Part shown: positions 38,864 to 49,791 of the stretch, one piece after another
How positions within the stretch are numbered: position 1 is the stretch's first letter
Layout of the letters: each line of letters opens with the position of its first letter
Assembly (NCBI GenBank): GCA_003561515.1
Contig: PWWL01000183.1
Coordinates: 64-64,063 of the forward strand
DNA: 64,000 nt
Direction of reading: 5' to 3'
DNA from: Balneolaceae bacterium
Lineage (GTDB): Bacteria; Bacteroidota; Rhodothermia; Balneolales; Balneolaceae
Notes under the pieces: generated by a model
The model's input: the letters and a program-made list of their open reading frames with translations, nothing else
What the model was told of the DNA's origin: nothing
Databases searched by the model: none
Made by a program: the position numbers and the translations under genes

Positions 38864-40033
38864 TTGACTAACAAGACACGTATTGGAGTTTTAGGGGCTG
38901 GCACCATGGGAACCGGAATTGCGCAAATTGCTGCAACATACGAGCACCAGGTAATTCTATATGATACCAATCCAAATCAGCTTGAGAATTCGGAAAAGGG
39001 GCTAAAAAAGATCCTGAACCGCCAGGTTGAAAAGGAACGGATGACCCGTAATGAGGTAAACTCCATTCTCCAAAAAATTACGTTCACCGGCGATATAGAA
39101 AAGTTCACGGGCTGCGAATTCGTCATCGAAGCCATTGTGGAAGACCTGGCAATTAAAAAAGAAGTCTTTCAGAGAATTGAAGAACTTGTGCCGGCCGACG
39201 CGCTGCTCGCGTCCAATACCTCTTCCCTGTCGATCGCTTCCATCTCATCCGCTCTAAAAAAACCAGAACGTTTTCTTGGCGTACACTTTTTTAACCCTGC
39301 ACCACTGATGAAACTCGTGGAAATTATTCCGGGTATTTCAACGGACCCATCCGTAACCGAAAAGACGAGGAACCTGATCGATTCATGGGAAAAAGTGACC
39401 GTGATTGCCAGGGATACACCCGGTTTTATCGTAAACCGCGTAGCCCGGCCTTTTTACGGTGAAGCGCTCCGAATTTACGAGGAAGGAATTGCCGATCATG
39501 CAACAATCGACTGGGCAATGAAGGAATTGGGAGGCTTCAAAATGGGGCCTTTTGAGCTGATGGATCTGATCGGCCACGACGTCAATTACAAGGTGACTGA
39601 ATCGGTTTTTAAGGAGTTTTACTATGATCCTCGCTTTAAACCCTCATTTACACAAAAACGGCTGGTTGAAGCCGGCAGACTTGGCAAAAAGACGGGCATC
39701 GGGTTTTACGACTACCGCGAGGGAGCAGCCAAGTTGGAACCGGTTAAGGACAAAGAACTGGGTGAAAAGATTCTTTACCGCATATTGGCCATGCTCATCA
39801 ATGAAGCGGCTGATGCCGTTTTTATGAACGTGGCTTCAGTAAAGGATGTAGACCTCGCCATGACCAACGGCGTAAATTATCCGAAGGGATTGCTTGAGTG
39901 GGCAGACGAACTCAAACCGAGCAGGGTTCTCGATTGGATGAGCAGCCTTCAGGTTGAATATCGCGAAGACCGCTACAGGCCGAATCCACTGCTAAAACGT
40001 AAGGTAAGAAATGGCGAAACGTTTTATGGCTGA
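38864..40033 (+). CDS. paaH: 3-hydroxyacyl-CoA dehydrogenase (PaaH-like)
   Basis: GAGTMGTGIA, IEAIVE, SNTSS, GVHFFNPAP, PGFIVNR, MGPFELMDLIG. Confidence 0.9.
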   Translation: MTNKTRIGVLGAGTMGTGIAQIAATYEHQVILYDTNPNQLENSEKGLKKILNRQVEKERMTRNEVNSILQKITFTGDIEKFTGCEFVIEAIVEDLAIKKEVFQRIEELVPADALLASNTSSLSIASISSALKKPERFLGVHFFNPAPLMKLVEIIPGISTDPSVTEKTRNLIDSWEKVTVIARDTPGFIVNRVARPFYGEALRIYEEGIADHATIDWAMKELGGFKMGPFELMDLIGHDVNYKVTESVFKEFYYDPRFKPSFTQKRLVEAGRLGKKTGIGFYDYREGAAKLEPVKDKELGEKILYRILAMLINEAADAVFMNVASVKDVDLAMTNGVNYPKGLLEWADELKPSRVLDWMSSLQVEYREDRYRPNPLLKRKVRNGETFYG

Positions 40034-40454
40034 CCTGAAAGATACGCGCCCGTACAAAATCGTAGCTCATATGATGGAGAATGATGCCTTCAGCCGCTGG
40101 ATGGGCATTCAGCTTCTGGACGTTCGTGAGGGTTACTGTAAAATCTCCTGCAAGGTTACTGAAGAGATGCTGAACGGATTTTATGTAACCCACGGCGGCA
40201 TCGTATTTTCTCTTGCCGACAGCGCACTTGCATTCTCAGCAGCCACGTATGGCCGAGTATCACTTGCCATTGAAAACTCTATCTCCTATACCAAAAAAAG
40301 CAGTTCCGGCAATACACTAATTGCCGCATCCTCATGCATCAACCTGTCGCATAAAACAGGGCTGTTTGAGGTAAAGGTAACAGACGAAAACGAGGAGCTG
40401 CTGGCATTAATGAAAGCAACCGTTTACAGAAAATCAGAAGAATTTCCCGTTTAA
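40026..40454 (+). CDS. paaI: PaaI family hotdog thioesterase
   Basis: DAFSRWMGI, MLNG...HGGIVFSLADSA. Confidence 0.88.
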   Translation: MADLKDTRPYKIVAHMMENDAFSRWMGIQLLDVREGYCKISCKVTEEMLNGFYVTHGGIVFSLADSALAFSAATYGRVSLAIENSISYTKKSSSGNTLIAASSCINLSHKTGLFEVKVTDENEELLALMKATVYRKSEEFPV

Positions 40455-40522
40455 CTGGCGCGGTAAACTTTTATTCTGATTATCCGTAGAGTAGTTGAAC
40501 CGATACATTTTTATTTTGTTGA

Positions 40523-41668
40523 ATGGGATTAAAAAACGAAGCCAAATCGCAATATAGTACCAAAGCCTTTTACAGGGAGTATGTAAGCGGAATGAACTCG
40601 CGCCAGCTTGGGCGTGAATTTCAGTCTGATTCGGAGCGGCTTAAAGAACTCTATTATGATGCCCTCAGGGAAACCAACCCCGAGCTTCCTGCAGAAAAAA
40701 TCCCGGTATTTCAAAAGTTTCTTAGTCTGCTCTCGGCACTCACAAAAAGGCTGAACCCAGTTAGAAGGCTAATTTTCGGGATTTCTCTTGTCAGCTTTGT
40801 TGTACACTTCATTTTCTCCATAATCGGTATATACCAGCCGCTGCTGCTTCCATTGTCGTTCATAGCAATTTTGGTGATACTGCTCATTGAGCTTCTCGAG
40901 AAGTCGGATGTTCAGAAAGAACTCGATTTTGCCCGCGAAATACAGCTTAGCCTGCTTCCTCCTTCCTACATACAAATTGGGCAGGTAGAGGCCTGTTCAT
41001 TCGCCGCTACAGCACAGGAAGTGGGCGGCGATTATGTGGACATTATCAAAACGGAGAAAGGCACCTATGTGGTGATCGCCGATGTTTCAGGCAAGGGAAT
41101 GAGCGCTGCTTTGTACATGGTTCGGATTCAGGCACTGGTACATCTGCTTATCAACAAATTACAGCCCAGTCCGAAAGAGCTCTTCCTTGAACTGAACGAC
41201 TACGTGAAATCTGATAAGCAGGATAAGACTTTCGTAACTGCCTGTGCAGCTTTCTTTCCCCACAATGAAGATCATTTCCTTTTCAGCCGTGCCGGCCACA
41301 ACATTCCGATTGTTTTCAGCAAAAAGCATGATGCCACATTTCGTCTTAAGACAGACGGTTTTGCCCTGGGTATGACCTCCACAAAAATGCTGAAGAAATC
41401 TCTGGAGGAGAAAAAGTTTCAGTTTGAACCGGGCGACAGCCTGCTTTTATACACCGACGGGCTGATTGAACTTCGCGACGACAAGGGTGATGAGTTTGGT
41501 GAAGAGAAACTGGAAGGCCTGCTTTCCATTTATGGATCGCTGAGGGCCAAATCCATCACGCAGAAGATTCAATCTTCGATTGAGCTTTTCCTGGGAGATG
41601 AAAAACCGCTTGATGACGTCACCTTTACTACCATCCACAAAACAGATCCGCCCAAATCACTTACTTAA
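40523..41668 (+). CDS. Membrane-anchored PP2C/SpoIIE (RsbU-like) phosphatase
   Basis: AREIQ..LLP, EVGGDY, IADVSGKG, RAGH, LYTDG, DDVT. Confidence 0.9.
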   Translation: MGLKNEAKSQYSTKAFYREYVSGMNSRQLGREFQSDSERLKELYYDALRETNPELPAEKIPVFQKFLSLLSALTKRLNPVRRLIFGISLVSFVVHFIFSIIGIYQPLLLPLSFIAILVILLIELLEKSDVQKELDFAREIQLSLLPPSYIQIGQVEACSFAATAQEVGGDYVDIIKTEKGTYVVIADVSGKGMSAALYMVRIQALVHLLINKLQPSPKELFLELNDYVKSDKQDKTFVTACAAFFPHNEDHFLFSRAGHNIPIVFSKKHDATFRLKTDGFALGMTSTKMLKKSLEEKKFQFEPGDSLLLYTDGLIELRDDKGDEFGEEKLEGLLSIYGSLRAKSITQKIQSSIELFLGDEKPLDDVTFTTIHKTDPPKSLT

Positions 41669-43657
41669 CAGTGACACAGCTTTTTCAGCGATTTTCTCCG
41701 GTGTAAGGCCAAGGTGTTCGTACACATGCTGATATGGCGCCGACTCTCCGAAGCGGTCAATTCCGATGGCCATTCCCTCCGAACCTACCCACTTGTGCCA
41801 GCCAAAAGTGGATGCCGCTTCAACCGAAACACGCCGTTTTACCTTAGGAGGCAGCACTTCATCTCTGTACTCACTGTCTTGAGCTTCAAACAGCTCCCAG
41901 CATGGCATACTCACTACCCGAACCGATACTCCTTTCTTCTCGAGAAGTTCTGATGCATCGAGAACCAGTTGTACCTCCGATCCCGATGCCACTAAAATCA
42001 GGTCGAGTTCACCAGCACTCTCCTTTTTAAGAATATAGGCTCCTTTTTCCGTTCCCTTTGCGCTGCCGTAAACAGTACGGTCGAGGGTCGGAAGGTTTTG
42101 ACGAGTTAAAGCGAGCAGGGAAGGACCGTCATCTTTCTCAATGGCGCATTTCCAAGCATAGGCGGTTTCATTGGCATCGGCCGGCCTCAGCACCTGCACG
42201 TTGGGCGTAGCCCGCAGTGCGGCCAGGTGCTCAATGGGCTGGTGTGTAGGACCGTCTTCTCCAAGCCCGATACTGTCGTGGGTAAACACAAAAATTGAGG
42301 GGATTTTGGAGAGTCCCGCAATCCTGATTGCAGGTTTGTTGTAGTCAGAAAAAACAAGAAACGTACCTCCGTAAGGTATCACGCCTCCGTGCAGGGCGAG
42401 CCCGTTCAGTGCCGCACCCATAGCGTGCTCCCTTACACCGTAGTGAACATTTCTTCCAGAGTAGTTACCCGGCCTGAAAATGCCCTTGTCGAAAAGTTCG
42501 GTGTTATTACTCCCTGTAAGATCAGCCGACCCTCCAAGCAGATTGAACACGTGTTTTGCAATCTCATTAAGAACAGCACCTGAAGCCTTTCGGGTTGCCA
42601 TTCCCTTTGCATCCGCCTCGAAATTCGGTAGAACTTCATTCCACTTATCAGGCAGGTTGCGTGATACATACTCTTTGAAACTGACGCCATCTACGGGATA
42701 CACTTTCTCATAATCCGAGAGCTTATCGTTCCAGTCATTCTCGGCTTTAGTTCCATTTTCAATGGCTTTTCGGTATTCGTTAAGAACATCATCCGGAATA
42801 TGAAACTTCTTGTCCGGATCCTCGCCAAGATTCTCCTTTGTTAGGCGAATCTCTTCCTCACCCAGCGGCGAACCATGCGAAGCGGCCGAATCCTGCTTAT
42901 TCGGGCTGCCAAATCCGATGTGGGTACGGCATTCGATTAGCGACGGTGTTTCAGTTTTTTGCGCATTGAGAATGGCCTGTTCAATTTCATTATGATTGTG
43001 GCCGTCGATCACCTGAACGTCCCACCCATAGGATTGGAAACGCATTTTTGTATTGTCGGTAAAGGCAAGGTCGGTAGATCCGTCGATGGAAATATTGTTC
43101 GAATCATACAGATATATCAGCTTGCTCAGCTTCAGGTGGCCTGCCATCGATGCCGCCTCGTGTGATATCCCCTCCATCAAGTCGCCATCACTCACAATCG
43201 CGTACGTAAAATGGTCAACAACTTTGTGCGAATCCTTATTGAAGGTTTCTGCCATAAACGCCTCGGCCATGGCCATTCCGACTCCCGTACCGAAACCCTG
43301 CCCCAACGGACCCGTGGTGGTTTCCACGCCAGGCGTAAGTCCGAATTCGGGGTGCCCCGGAGTGATACTGCCAAGCTGACGGAAGTTTTTAATCTCTTTG
43401 AGCGAAACATCATATCCGGTGAGATGCAAAAGGGAATAAATAAGCATGGATCCGTGTCCGGCTGAAAGGATAAACCTGTCGCGATCGAACCATCCCGGAT
43501 TATTGGGATTGTGCTTAAAAAATTTCGTCCAGAGTACGTAAGCGACATCAGCCATTCCCATCGGCATACCGGGATGGCCCGAATTTGCGGTCTGAACAGC
43601 ATCCATTGATAAGGTTCGAAGAGTATTTACACAGCGCTGAGCAAGTTGGTCAGACAT
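41657..43657 (-). CDS. tkt: Transketolase
   Basis: [23 protein letters not shown] motif, [23 protein letters not shown]. Confidence 0.97.
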   Translation of the reverse strand: MSDQLAQRCVNTLRTLSMDAVQTANSGHPGMPMGMADVAYVLWTKFFKHNPNNPGWFDRDRFILSAGHGSMLIYSLLHLTGYDVSLKEIKNFRQLGSITPGHPEFGLTPGVETTTGPLGQGFGTGVGMAMAEAFMAETFNKDSHKVVDHFTYAIVSDGDLMEGISHEAASMAGHLKLSKLIYLYDSNNISIDGSTDLAFTDNTKMRFQSYGWDVQVIDGHNHNEIEQAILNAQKTETPSLIECRTHIGFGSPNKQDSAASHGSPLGEEEIRLTKENLGEDPDKKFHIPDDVLNEYRKAIENGTKAENDWNDKLSDYEKVYPVDGVSFKEYVSRNLPDKWNEVLPNFEADAKGMATRKASGAVLNEIAKHVFNLLGGSADLTGSNNTELFDKGIFRPGNYSGRNVHYGVREHAMGAALNGLALHGGVIPYGGTFLVFSDYNKPAIRIAGLSKIPSIFVFTHDSIGLGEDGPTHQPIEHLAALRATPNVQVLRPADANETAYAWKCAIEKDDGPSLLALTRQNLPTLDRTVYGSAKGTEKGAYILKKESAGELDLILVASGSEVQLVLDASELLEKKGVSVRVVSMPCWELFEAQDSEYRDEVLPPKVKRRVSVEAASTFGWHKWVGSEGMAIGIDRFGESAPYQHVYEHLGLTPEKIAEKAVSLLSK

Positions 43658-43777
43658 GAATAATTATTTGATATGAGTGCAGGTTTATTAGTGGGCAAAA
43701 AGATACCCAAGTTCGCACCAAGGGGAAAGAGATTTGTACACGATTAAGTAATTCACTAACCGAATCTTTACTTACAA

Positions 43778-44680
43778 TCATGTTACCTGAAGATTTTTGG
43801 TTCGCTTCATTTGAATCATTAATACCGATACAAGAACCAGAATAATCCCGGTAATCTGTAGAGCAGTCAGAATTTCTTCAAACACAAATACTCCAATCAG
43901 TGCGGCGGTTACCGGCTCGAGCATGGCTGTGATAGATGCCTTGCCCGCTTCGATGCGCTTAAGCCCTTCAGTGTAAAGCAGATAAGCCAGTATAGTTGGC
44001 AAAAGACACATACCGGCTATCATTAGTACTATGTTTGGATTCGAAAGCCGCTCGATGGTCTGTTGTGAGAAAATTCCACTGAATGGCAGCAGAAAAATGG
44101 AAGCGGTTAGGAAACTGTAGAAAATGATCGTCATAGGTGGATACTTTACGAGTGCCGCTTTGCTAAAAATGCTATAAAGTGCATAGCCAAAACCAGCCCC
44201 GATTCCGGTCAGAATTCCGTATGCGGTAAAGGTTCCTCCTTCGGGAATCAATTCTGCAACGAGTAAGATCCCGGGTATTGTTATCAAGAGTGCCACTATT
44301 TTTTGTCCGGTCAGCTTTTCATTCAAAAACATGCGCGATAATATCACGACAAAAGCAGGACCCGTGTAAAGCAAAACTACGGCCACCGAAAGTGAGGTTT
44401 CGCGAATAGCGGTAAAGTAACACCAGTTAAAAAAGCTGATACTTAAAATTCCGGTGCCAACAAAATATCGAATGTGTGATGGCTTGATTCTCAGGAGATT
44501 GGGATTACAAATCCGTAAATATATAGAAAGAAATAGAGCAGCTGTGATTACCCGCCAAGCCACAATTTCAAGGGATGAAAAGCCTTCATCATTCAGAAAA
44601 CCAACAAAAATTCCGATGCTACCCCAAAGCGCCGCGGCACCTGCTATCATCAGGTATGGCAATATTTGTTTTTGAGTCAT
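43778..44680 (-). CDS. EamA/DMT family transporter
   Basis: About 10 TM helices, ALWG, LLYTGP, LEPV. Confidence 0.88.
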   Translation of the reverse strand: MTQKQILPYLMIAGAAALWGSIGIFVGFLNDEGFSSLEIVAWRVITAALFLSIYLRICNPNLLRIKPSHIRYFVGTGILSISFFNWCYFTAIRETSLSVAVVLLYTGPAFVVILSRMFLNEKLTGQKIVALLITIPGILLVAELIPEGGTFTAYGILTGIGAGFGYALYSIFSKAALVKYPPMTIIFYSFLTASIFLLPFSGIFSQQTIERLSNPNIVLMIAGMCLLPTILAYLLYTEGLKRIEAGKASITAMLEPVTAALIGVFVFEEILTALQITGIILVLVSVLMIQMKRTKNLQVT

Positions 44681-44722
44681 ATCGCAACCCTGCTTTGAGA
44701 ATTACTTAAAACAAATTAGCAT

Positions 44723-44750
44723 AAAAAAAGCCCTCAATGGAGGGCTTTTT
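44723..44750 (-). terminator. Intrinsic terminator after the TPR gene (bidirectional-type)
   Basis: AAAAAAAGCCCTC-aatg-GAGGGCTTTTT. Confidence 0.85.
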
Positions 44751-44774
44751 CAACATCTTTTATAAATGTCTTTC

Positions 44775-45806
44775 TTATCTGTTGCTGGCTGTGTGGCCTT
44801 CGCATCTCAGCTCGAACTGAAGCTCATGGTTTGCAGGCTCTGTAAAGTCGCCGAATCGGGCATTTTCAAAAGCGCTGCAGGCGTTTTCCTTATCACCTTT
44901 TCCTTTGTAGGCTGTGCCAAGCTCAAAGTAGATTTTGGCCCTGTCGGTTACACCACCAGTTTCGAGCTCAAGTGAGCGGTTTGCGTGCCGGATAGCCGCA
45001 TCCCAGTTGCCTCTATTGTTGTGGATCTCAGCAAGCCGGTAATGGGCGGTAGCGGAGCTTGGATCATAGCTTTCAACTTTTTCAAGTAACTCAATGGCCC
45101 TCGAATACTGGCGCTGGTCAGCAAGATTAACAGCTCTAAAAATAAGTTCATCGCGAGCTGAGTTCCTTGCATTATTCAGTGTCCTGGTATCATTTATCCG
45201 TTGTGCAACCTCAATTGCCTGATCGTACCATGGCATAAACATATCCAAATTGTCTGGATGCATGGCTTTCATAACAATGCCTTTCTGATAGTACGCCACA
45301 GCATAGTTCGCATTCAATCCCATAGCCGTATTCAGATCCTCTACCGCATCACTATGATTATCAGCTCTAAAGTGCAATACTGAGCGGATGTAGTAAAGCT
45401 GGGGTATTGCGGCAGTTGCCCACTGCGAAACTTCTTGATTGTTGAACTCTTCCCCGATTTCTCTAGCAGCATCGAAATGACGAATTGAGCTGTTAATAGA
45501 CTCTAGCGTTCTTTCACTCTGATATTGGCTATATGCAGCAGAAGCCCGGCTTCTTGCCACCTGCGGGAGATTGCCTTCAACCAGTTCTACAATATCATCG
45601 ATATTGTTTTCACGGGCTATTTCAAGAGCATCTCGGAATAGGTCTATCGCTCCGGAAAAGTCACGGTCTCCGGCAAGCTCTTGTGCCTGGTTGTAGAGCT
45701 GTATGGCCTCTGCCCGGGCATCTTCCTGAGCTTGAGATGTTTCTGCCGCCACCAACGTGAATGCAAAGACGGCAATCAGCGATATTAATATGTTAATAGA
45801 TTTCAT
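44775..45806 (-). CDS. Secreted tetratricopeptide-repeat protein
   Basis: Signal peptide; repeated A..Y..A..L, AYYQKG, AHYRLA, YFELG TPR helices. Confidence 0.8.
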   Translation of the reverse strand: MKSINILISLIAVFAFTLVAAETSQAQEDARAEAIQLYNQAQELAGDRDFSGAIDLFRDALEIARENNIDDIVELVEGNLPQVARSRASAAYSQYQSERTLESINSSIRHFDAAREIGEEFNNQEVSQWATAAIPQLYYIRSVLHFRADNHSDAVEDLNTAMGLNANYAVAYYQKGIVMKAMHPDNLDMFMPWYDQAIEVAQRINDTRTLNNARNSARDELIFRAVNLADQRQYSRAIELLEKVESYDPSSATAHYRLAEIHNNRGNWDAAIRHANRSLELETGGVTDRAKIYFELGTAYKGKGDKENACSAFENARFGDFTEPANHELQFELRCEGHTASNR

Positions 45807-45931
45807 GTTGATTTGATTGGTTATGTTTCTGTCCTTCTAAACGTGCTTAACATAGTGAAATTTTATCAAGAAAATCATTAAGCATCGGTTGTTAATTAAA
45901 AACTCTGATCAAGGCTAAAAGTTTCATAGCA

Positions 45932-46639
45932 CTAAAAATTGGGCTCTGGCCTCTGTTTTTTGTAAAAATCACACACGTATCTAACGGCGTCTACGTGATC
46001 GTCCGTTAAATAGAAGAGGTTCATATCTTCCTTACTAATTAATCCCTTATCCCCCAGCTTTTCTTTCAGCCAGGTTACAAGCCCATCCCAGAAATCGGTA
46101 CCTATCAATACAATGGGAATACGCTTTATTTTTTCAGTTTGTATTAAAGTAAGGGTTTCGAATAGTTCATCCAACGTTCCAAAACCGCCGGGAAAGACTA
46201 TGAACCCCTGCGCATACTTCACAAACATCACTTTTCGCACAAAAAAGTACTTAAAATTGATTTCGTACTTCGGGTGTACATATTGATTCGTCCCCTGTTC
46301 GAAAGGAAGTTCGATACCCAAGCCTACCGACTTGCCGCCTTTATTGTGCGCACCGAGGTTGCCTGCTTCCATAATACCCGGGCCTCCACCGGTAATCACT
46401 CCAAATCCGTTTTCAGTGATTAATTCAGCGGTTTCCATCGCCATATCATAGTACTTACTGCCCGGTTTCAGTCTTGCCGAGCCATATACTGAAACACAGG
46501 GACCCACCCTGAATAGCTTATCATAACCATCAACAAACTCTCCCATGATTTTAAAAATACTCCAAAGGTCCTGATTACTGTCTGCATCAAAATGGTCGGA
46601 TGGTTTATTTTCTTCACTAAAGAATTCAGGTGCAGTCAT
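45932..46639 (-). CDS. LOG family (TIGR00730-like) Rossmann-fold protein
   Basis: GSAR, TGGGPGIMEA, FFVRK, PGGFGTLDE. Confidence 0.92.
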   Translation of the reverse strand: MTAPEFFSEENKPSDHFDADSNQDLWSIFKIMGEFVDGYDKLFRVGPCVSVYGSARLKPGSKYYDMAMETAELITENGFGVITGGGPGIMEAGNLGAHNKGGKSVGLGIELPFEQGTNQYVHPKYEINFKYFFVRKVMFVKYAQGFIVFPGGFGTLDELFETLTLIQTEKIKRIPIVLIGTDFWDGLVTWLKEKLGDKGLISKEDMNLFYLTDDHVDAVRYVCDFYKKQRPEPNF

Positions 46640-46644
46640 ATAGA

Positions 46645-47313
46645 TTATCTTTTGTTGTGTAGTGAAAATGAAAGTGAGATACCCGGACTGCCATCAGCCA
46701 GCAGCGCGGGCTGAAGCTTTGTTCGTGCTGATAAGTCGTCCGACACATCAAAACTTCGCATATGTGCAAAAATATAAGCATCTAAAACATTTAGGCCGTA
46801 AGCCAGCCCTAAAACAACGAACATGAAATCCCGCTGATTTCTGAAACTGTCTCTATTACTCTGAAGCTGGTTTGGGGCTATACCTGCCAGGCGCTCGGGA
46901 GTTGGACCAAATCTGAAATCGTTGTTTTCAGCAAAACTATTGTAGTAAGCAGCCCTGTAATCCTGGTACTGATCGTTCAAATAAATAGAATAAAATCCAA
47001 TGCCTGCAAAAAGCCCGTAAATAATTGGCACCTTCCATGCCTGCTTGTTCACTACTTGCCCCCAGCCAGGCAATATCATCGATTTAAACATCACTGAACG
47101 CGGTTCGGGAAACTCATAGTTAGCATTATCATCACCTCGAAGCTCCTCATCAATAGCTTCATTGATGGTGTCGAAATACCTCTTTTCGAGAAGATGGTAA
47201 TCGCGCTGTAACAAATCGTATTGAGAATTGTTTTGCGTTTGTGCCGCAGCAGGCCCGGAAAAATTGAGCAGCAGCAAAATCATGAGGGCAAAAGAGCTAA
47301 GCCATTTCATCAA
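46645..47313 (-). CDS. DUF5683-like membrane protein
   Basis: S.ILPGWGQ..NK..WKVPIIY, DAY..AH...FD; sits after parB. Confidence 0.75.
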   Translation of the reverse strand: MMKWLSSFALMILLLLNFSGPAAAQTQNNSQYDLLQRDYHLLEKRYFDTINEAIDEELRGDDNANYEFPEPRSVMFKSMILPGWGQVVNKQAWKVPIIYGLFAGIGFYSIYLNDQYQDYRAAYYNSFAENNDFRFGPTPERLAGIAPNQLQSNRDSFRNQRDFMFVVLGLAYGLNVLDAYIFAHMRSFDVSDDLSARTKLQPALLADGSPGISLSFSLHNKR

Positions 47314-48220
47314 ACATCTGCATTAGTCTTTCAAGGTCATCATCTGAATAGTACTCAATCCGGATTTCTCCTCCTTTGGCTTTCGCCTTCACGCTAACCT
47401 TGGTGCTGAGTGTATTTCTAAGCCTTTTGGAAATATCATCCAAAAAAGGATTTGACTCCTTCACAGGCGGTTTTTCTGATCTTGTTTGTTCGTTCTTCTT
47501 TTCGAACGAGCGAACCAACTCTTCAGTTTGTCGTACCGATAACGATCCGGAAAGAATTTTTTTCAAGATTTTTTTCTGGTCGGCTTCACTCTTTAGATTG
47601 ATTAATGCTCTTGCATGCCCAGTGCTGATCGACTCATCTCTCAACGCGGCCTGAATAAAGTCGGGAAGCTGCAGAAGCCTCAGCATATTGGTGACTGTAG
47701 TCCTGTTTTTGCCCACTTTACTAGCTACTTCACCCTGGGTATATCCACACTCATCTATTAGCCGCTGGTATCCGAGGGAAATTTCAATGGGATTAAGCTG
47801 CTCCCGCTGAATGTTTTCGATAAGTGCAAAAGCGATGATCTGCTCATCGTTTGCTTCTCTGATGTATGCGGGTATTTCACTTATTCCCGCCATTTTGGTA
47901 GCGCGGAGCCTGCGTTCACCGCTAATGAGCTCAAAACGCCGTTCTCCGAGGTAACGAACGGTAATCGGCTGAATGAGTCCATGTTCTTTAATGGATGATG
48001 CGAGTTCCTCGAGGGCTTCTTCTTTGAACTCTGATCGAGGCTGGTGGGGATTCGGCCTGATGTGGTTTACAGGAATGTCGAGAACCACATTTACACGTTC
48101 AGCAGGTTCGATTGGTACTGCTGTTTTTGTTTTAGATGAAGCCTTCTTGCCTTCCGATCTCTCATCTTCATAATCAGGGAAAAAAGCCCCGAGTCCACGG
48201 CCTAAAACTTTTTTTGCCAT
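47297..48220 (-). CDS. parB: Chromosome partitioning protein ParB
   Basis: LGRGL, PNPHQPR, GLIQPI, GERRLRA CTP box, ENIQRE.L, HTH. Confidence 0.96.
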   Translation of the reverse strand: MAKKVLGRGLGAFFPDYEDERSEGKKASSKTKTAVPIEPAERVNVVLDIPVNHIRPNPHQPRSEFKEEALEELASSIKEHGLIQPITVRYLGERRFELISGERRLRATKMAGISEIPAYIREANDEQIIAFALIENIQREQLNPIEISLGYQRLIDECGYTQGEVASKVGKNRTTVTNMLRLLQLPDFIQAALRDESISTGHARALINLKSEADQKKILKKILSGSLSVRQTEELVRSFEKKNEQTRSEKPPVKESNPFLDDISKRLRNTLSTKVSVKAKAKGGEIRIEYYSDDDLERLMQMFDEMA

Positions 48221-48222
48221 TG

Positions 48223-49026
48223 TTACCCCTGTTTAGTGAGTGCGGGACTACCTTTAAACAGTTTCCTGTTTCTTTGAATTATCTCTCGCGCCAAAGAAAG
48301 GTAATTTTTTGATCCCACGCTGGTTGCATCATATAAAATGGCAGGTTTTCCGAAGCTTGGTGCTTCAGCCAGGCGTACATTTCGTGCGATTATCGATTGA
48401 AATACCCGGTCATCAAAATATCTTTTCACTTCCTCCGCAACCTGGTTCGAAAGCCTTGTTCTGGTGTCGTACATTGTCAGAAGTACTCCTTCAATATCCA
48501 GTTCGGGATTTAGATGCTGGCGAACAATTTTGATCGTATTCAGCAGCTGTCCAAGGCCCTCGAGAGCAAAATATTCGCACTGTACCGGAATCAAAACGGA
48601 ATCGGATGCCGTTAGAGCGTTTATTGTCAACAGGCCCAGGGAAGGGGGGCAGTCAATAATTATAAAATCGTATTTGTCTTTAACGGGCACTATAGCATTA
48701 CTCAAAATCCTCTCCCGCCGGTTACGGTCAACCATTTCAATTTCCGCACCCACCAGATTGATATGAGACGGAATAAGATCGAGGAAAGGAAGCTCGGTTT
48801 CCCGGATAGAGTCGTTAACTTCCACACCGCCTACCATAATTTCGTAAACAGAATTCGAAACTGTTTTTGGCTCAATACCCAACCCGCTCGTAGAGTTACT
48901 CTGCGGGTCAATATCAATAATTAACGTAGAATGTTCAATTGCGGCCAAACTCGCAGCCAGATTAATGGCCGTCGTCGTTTTGCCTACACCGCCTTTTTGG
49001 TTGGCGACAGAGATGATTTTACCCAT
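48223..49026 (-). CDS. parA: Chromosome partitioning ATPase ParA/Soj
   Basis: [10 protein letters not shown] deviant Walker [29 protein letters not shown]. Confidence 0.96.
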   Translation of the reverse strand: MGKIISVANQKGGVGKTTTAINLAASLAAIEHSTLIIDIDPQSNSTSGLGIEPKTVSNSVYEIMVGGVEVNDSIRETELPFLDLIPSHINLVGAEIEMVDRNRRERILSNAIVPVKDKYDFIIIDCPPSLGLLTINALTASDSVLIPVQCEYFALEGLGQLLNTIKIVRQHLNPELDIEGVLLTMYDTRTRLSNQVAEEVKRYFDDRVFQSIIARNVRLAEAPSFGKPAILYDATSVGSKNYLSLAREIIQRNRKLFKGSPALTKQG

Positions 49027-49191
49027 TCGCTTTACAGGGAAATTTTGATGATAATTATCTCACGAATATAACTCTCATGTGAGCCGTAACCAAAATTAGT
49101 TATTCACAAATCATCGTGGAAAACATGTCCATAGCGTCTTATATGGCTCAAATTATTGATGACTTGCTGATTAATAAAAGGAGAGATCGAG

Positions 49192-49791
49192 CTACTGTCT
49201 GGACCCAGTAAGATGCAGATTTCTTTGGTAGTATCGACTTTGCTGAGGGTCAGTAACAGGAGTTAATCGCTGATAACTGTCGCGAAGAATCGAGTCGATT
49301 GATGCAGACTCCACATTCCTGAAGCGATCAGAGAATCGTAAGACTTCATTATTGTCGACCCATGGGGCTACCTGTCGACTATTTTCAGATTGTGAAACAG
49401 CTGAAGTGGCGTGAGTTTCGAGCTGAAGAACAGGCAATCCGGCTGATGCGGCATGCTCGTTATTAACTTGTTCGGCACCGTTATCGAGCAGTAGTGCACC
49501 GGCAGTGAAACCGGCAATGATCAGTGCTGCCGCAGTGTAATAAAAGGGGAATTTTTTCCCCGAAGTCGGTTTCATCCCCTTCGATGAAACATCCTGCATA
49601 ACCGAATTCAGTACAGACTCCGGGGCAGAAAATTTCGGAAGTTCGCTGAGCCGCTCATTCACTTTTTTAAATGACTCAACCTCTATCAACAGGTTCGCGT
49701 CTTCCTCAACTTGCCTTTCAAATTCCATCTCTTCAGATGGGTCCATCTCATTGAAGAGATACGTTATACTGCTTATATCCTTTTTACTCAT
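49192..49791 (-). CDS. Putative anti-sigma factor / membrane partner of the ECF sigma factor
   Basis: YLFNEM..SE..EFE anti-sigma-like N-terminus, one TM helix, 4-bp overlap with the sigma gene. Confidence 0.6.
   Translation of the reverse strand: MSKKDISSITYLFNEMDPSEEMEFERQVEEDANLLIEVESFKKVNERLSELPKFSAPESVLNSVMQDVSSKGMKPTSGKKFPFYYTAAALIIAGFTAGALLLDNGAEQVNNEHAASAGLPVLQLETHATSAVSQSENSRQVAPWVDNNEVLRFSDRFRNVESASIDSILRDSYQRLTPVTDPQQSRYYQRNLHLTGSRQ

Noticed and set aside
47297-49026. Plasmid partition module, parS site or oriC
   Set aside because: Chromosomal Soj/Spo0J type in typical context; I saw no parS palindrome or DnaA-box cluster
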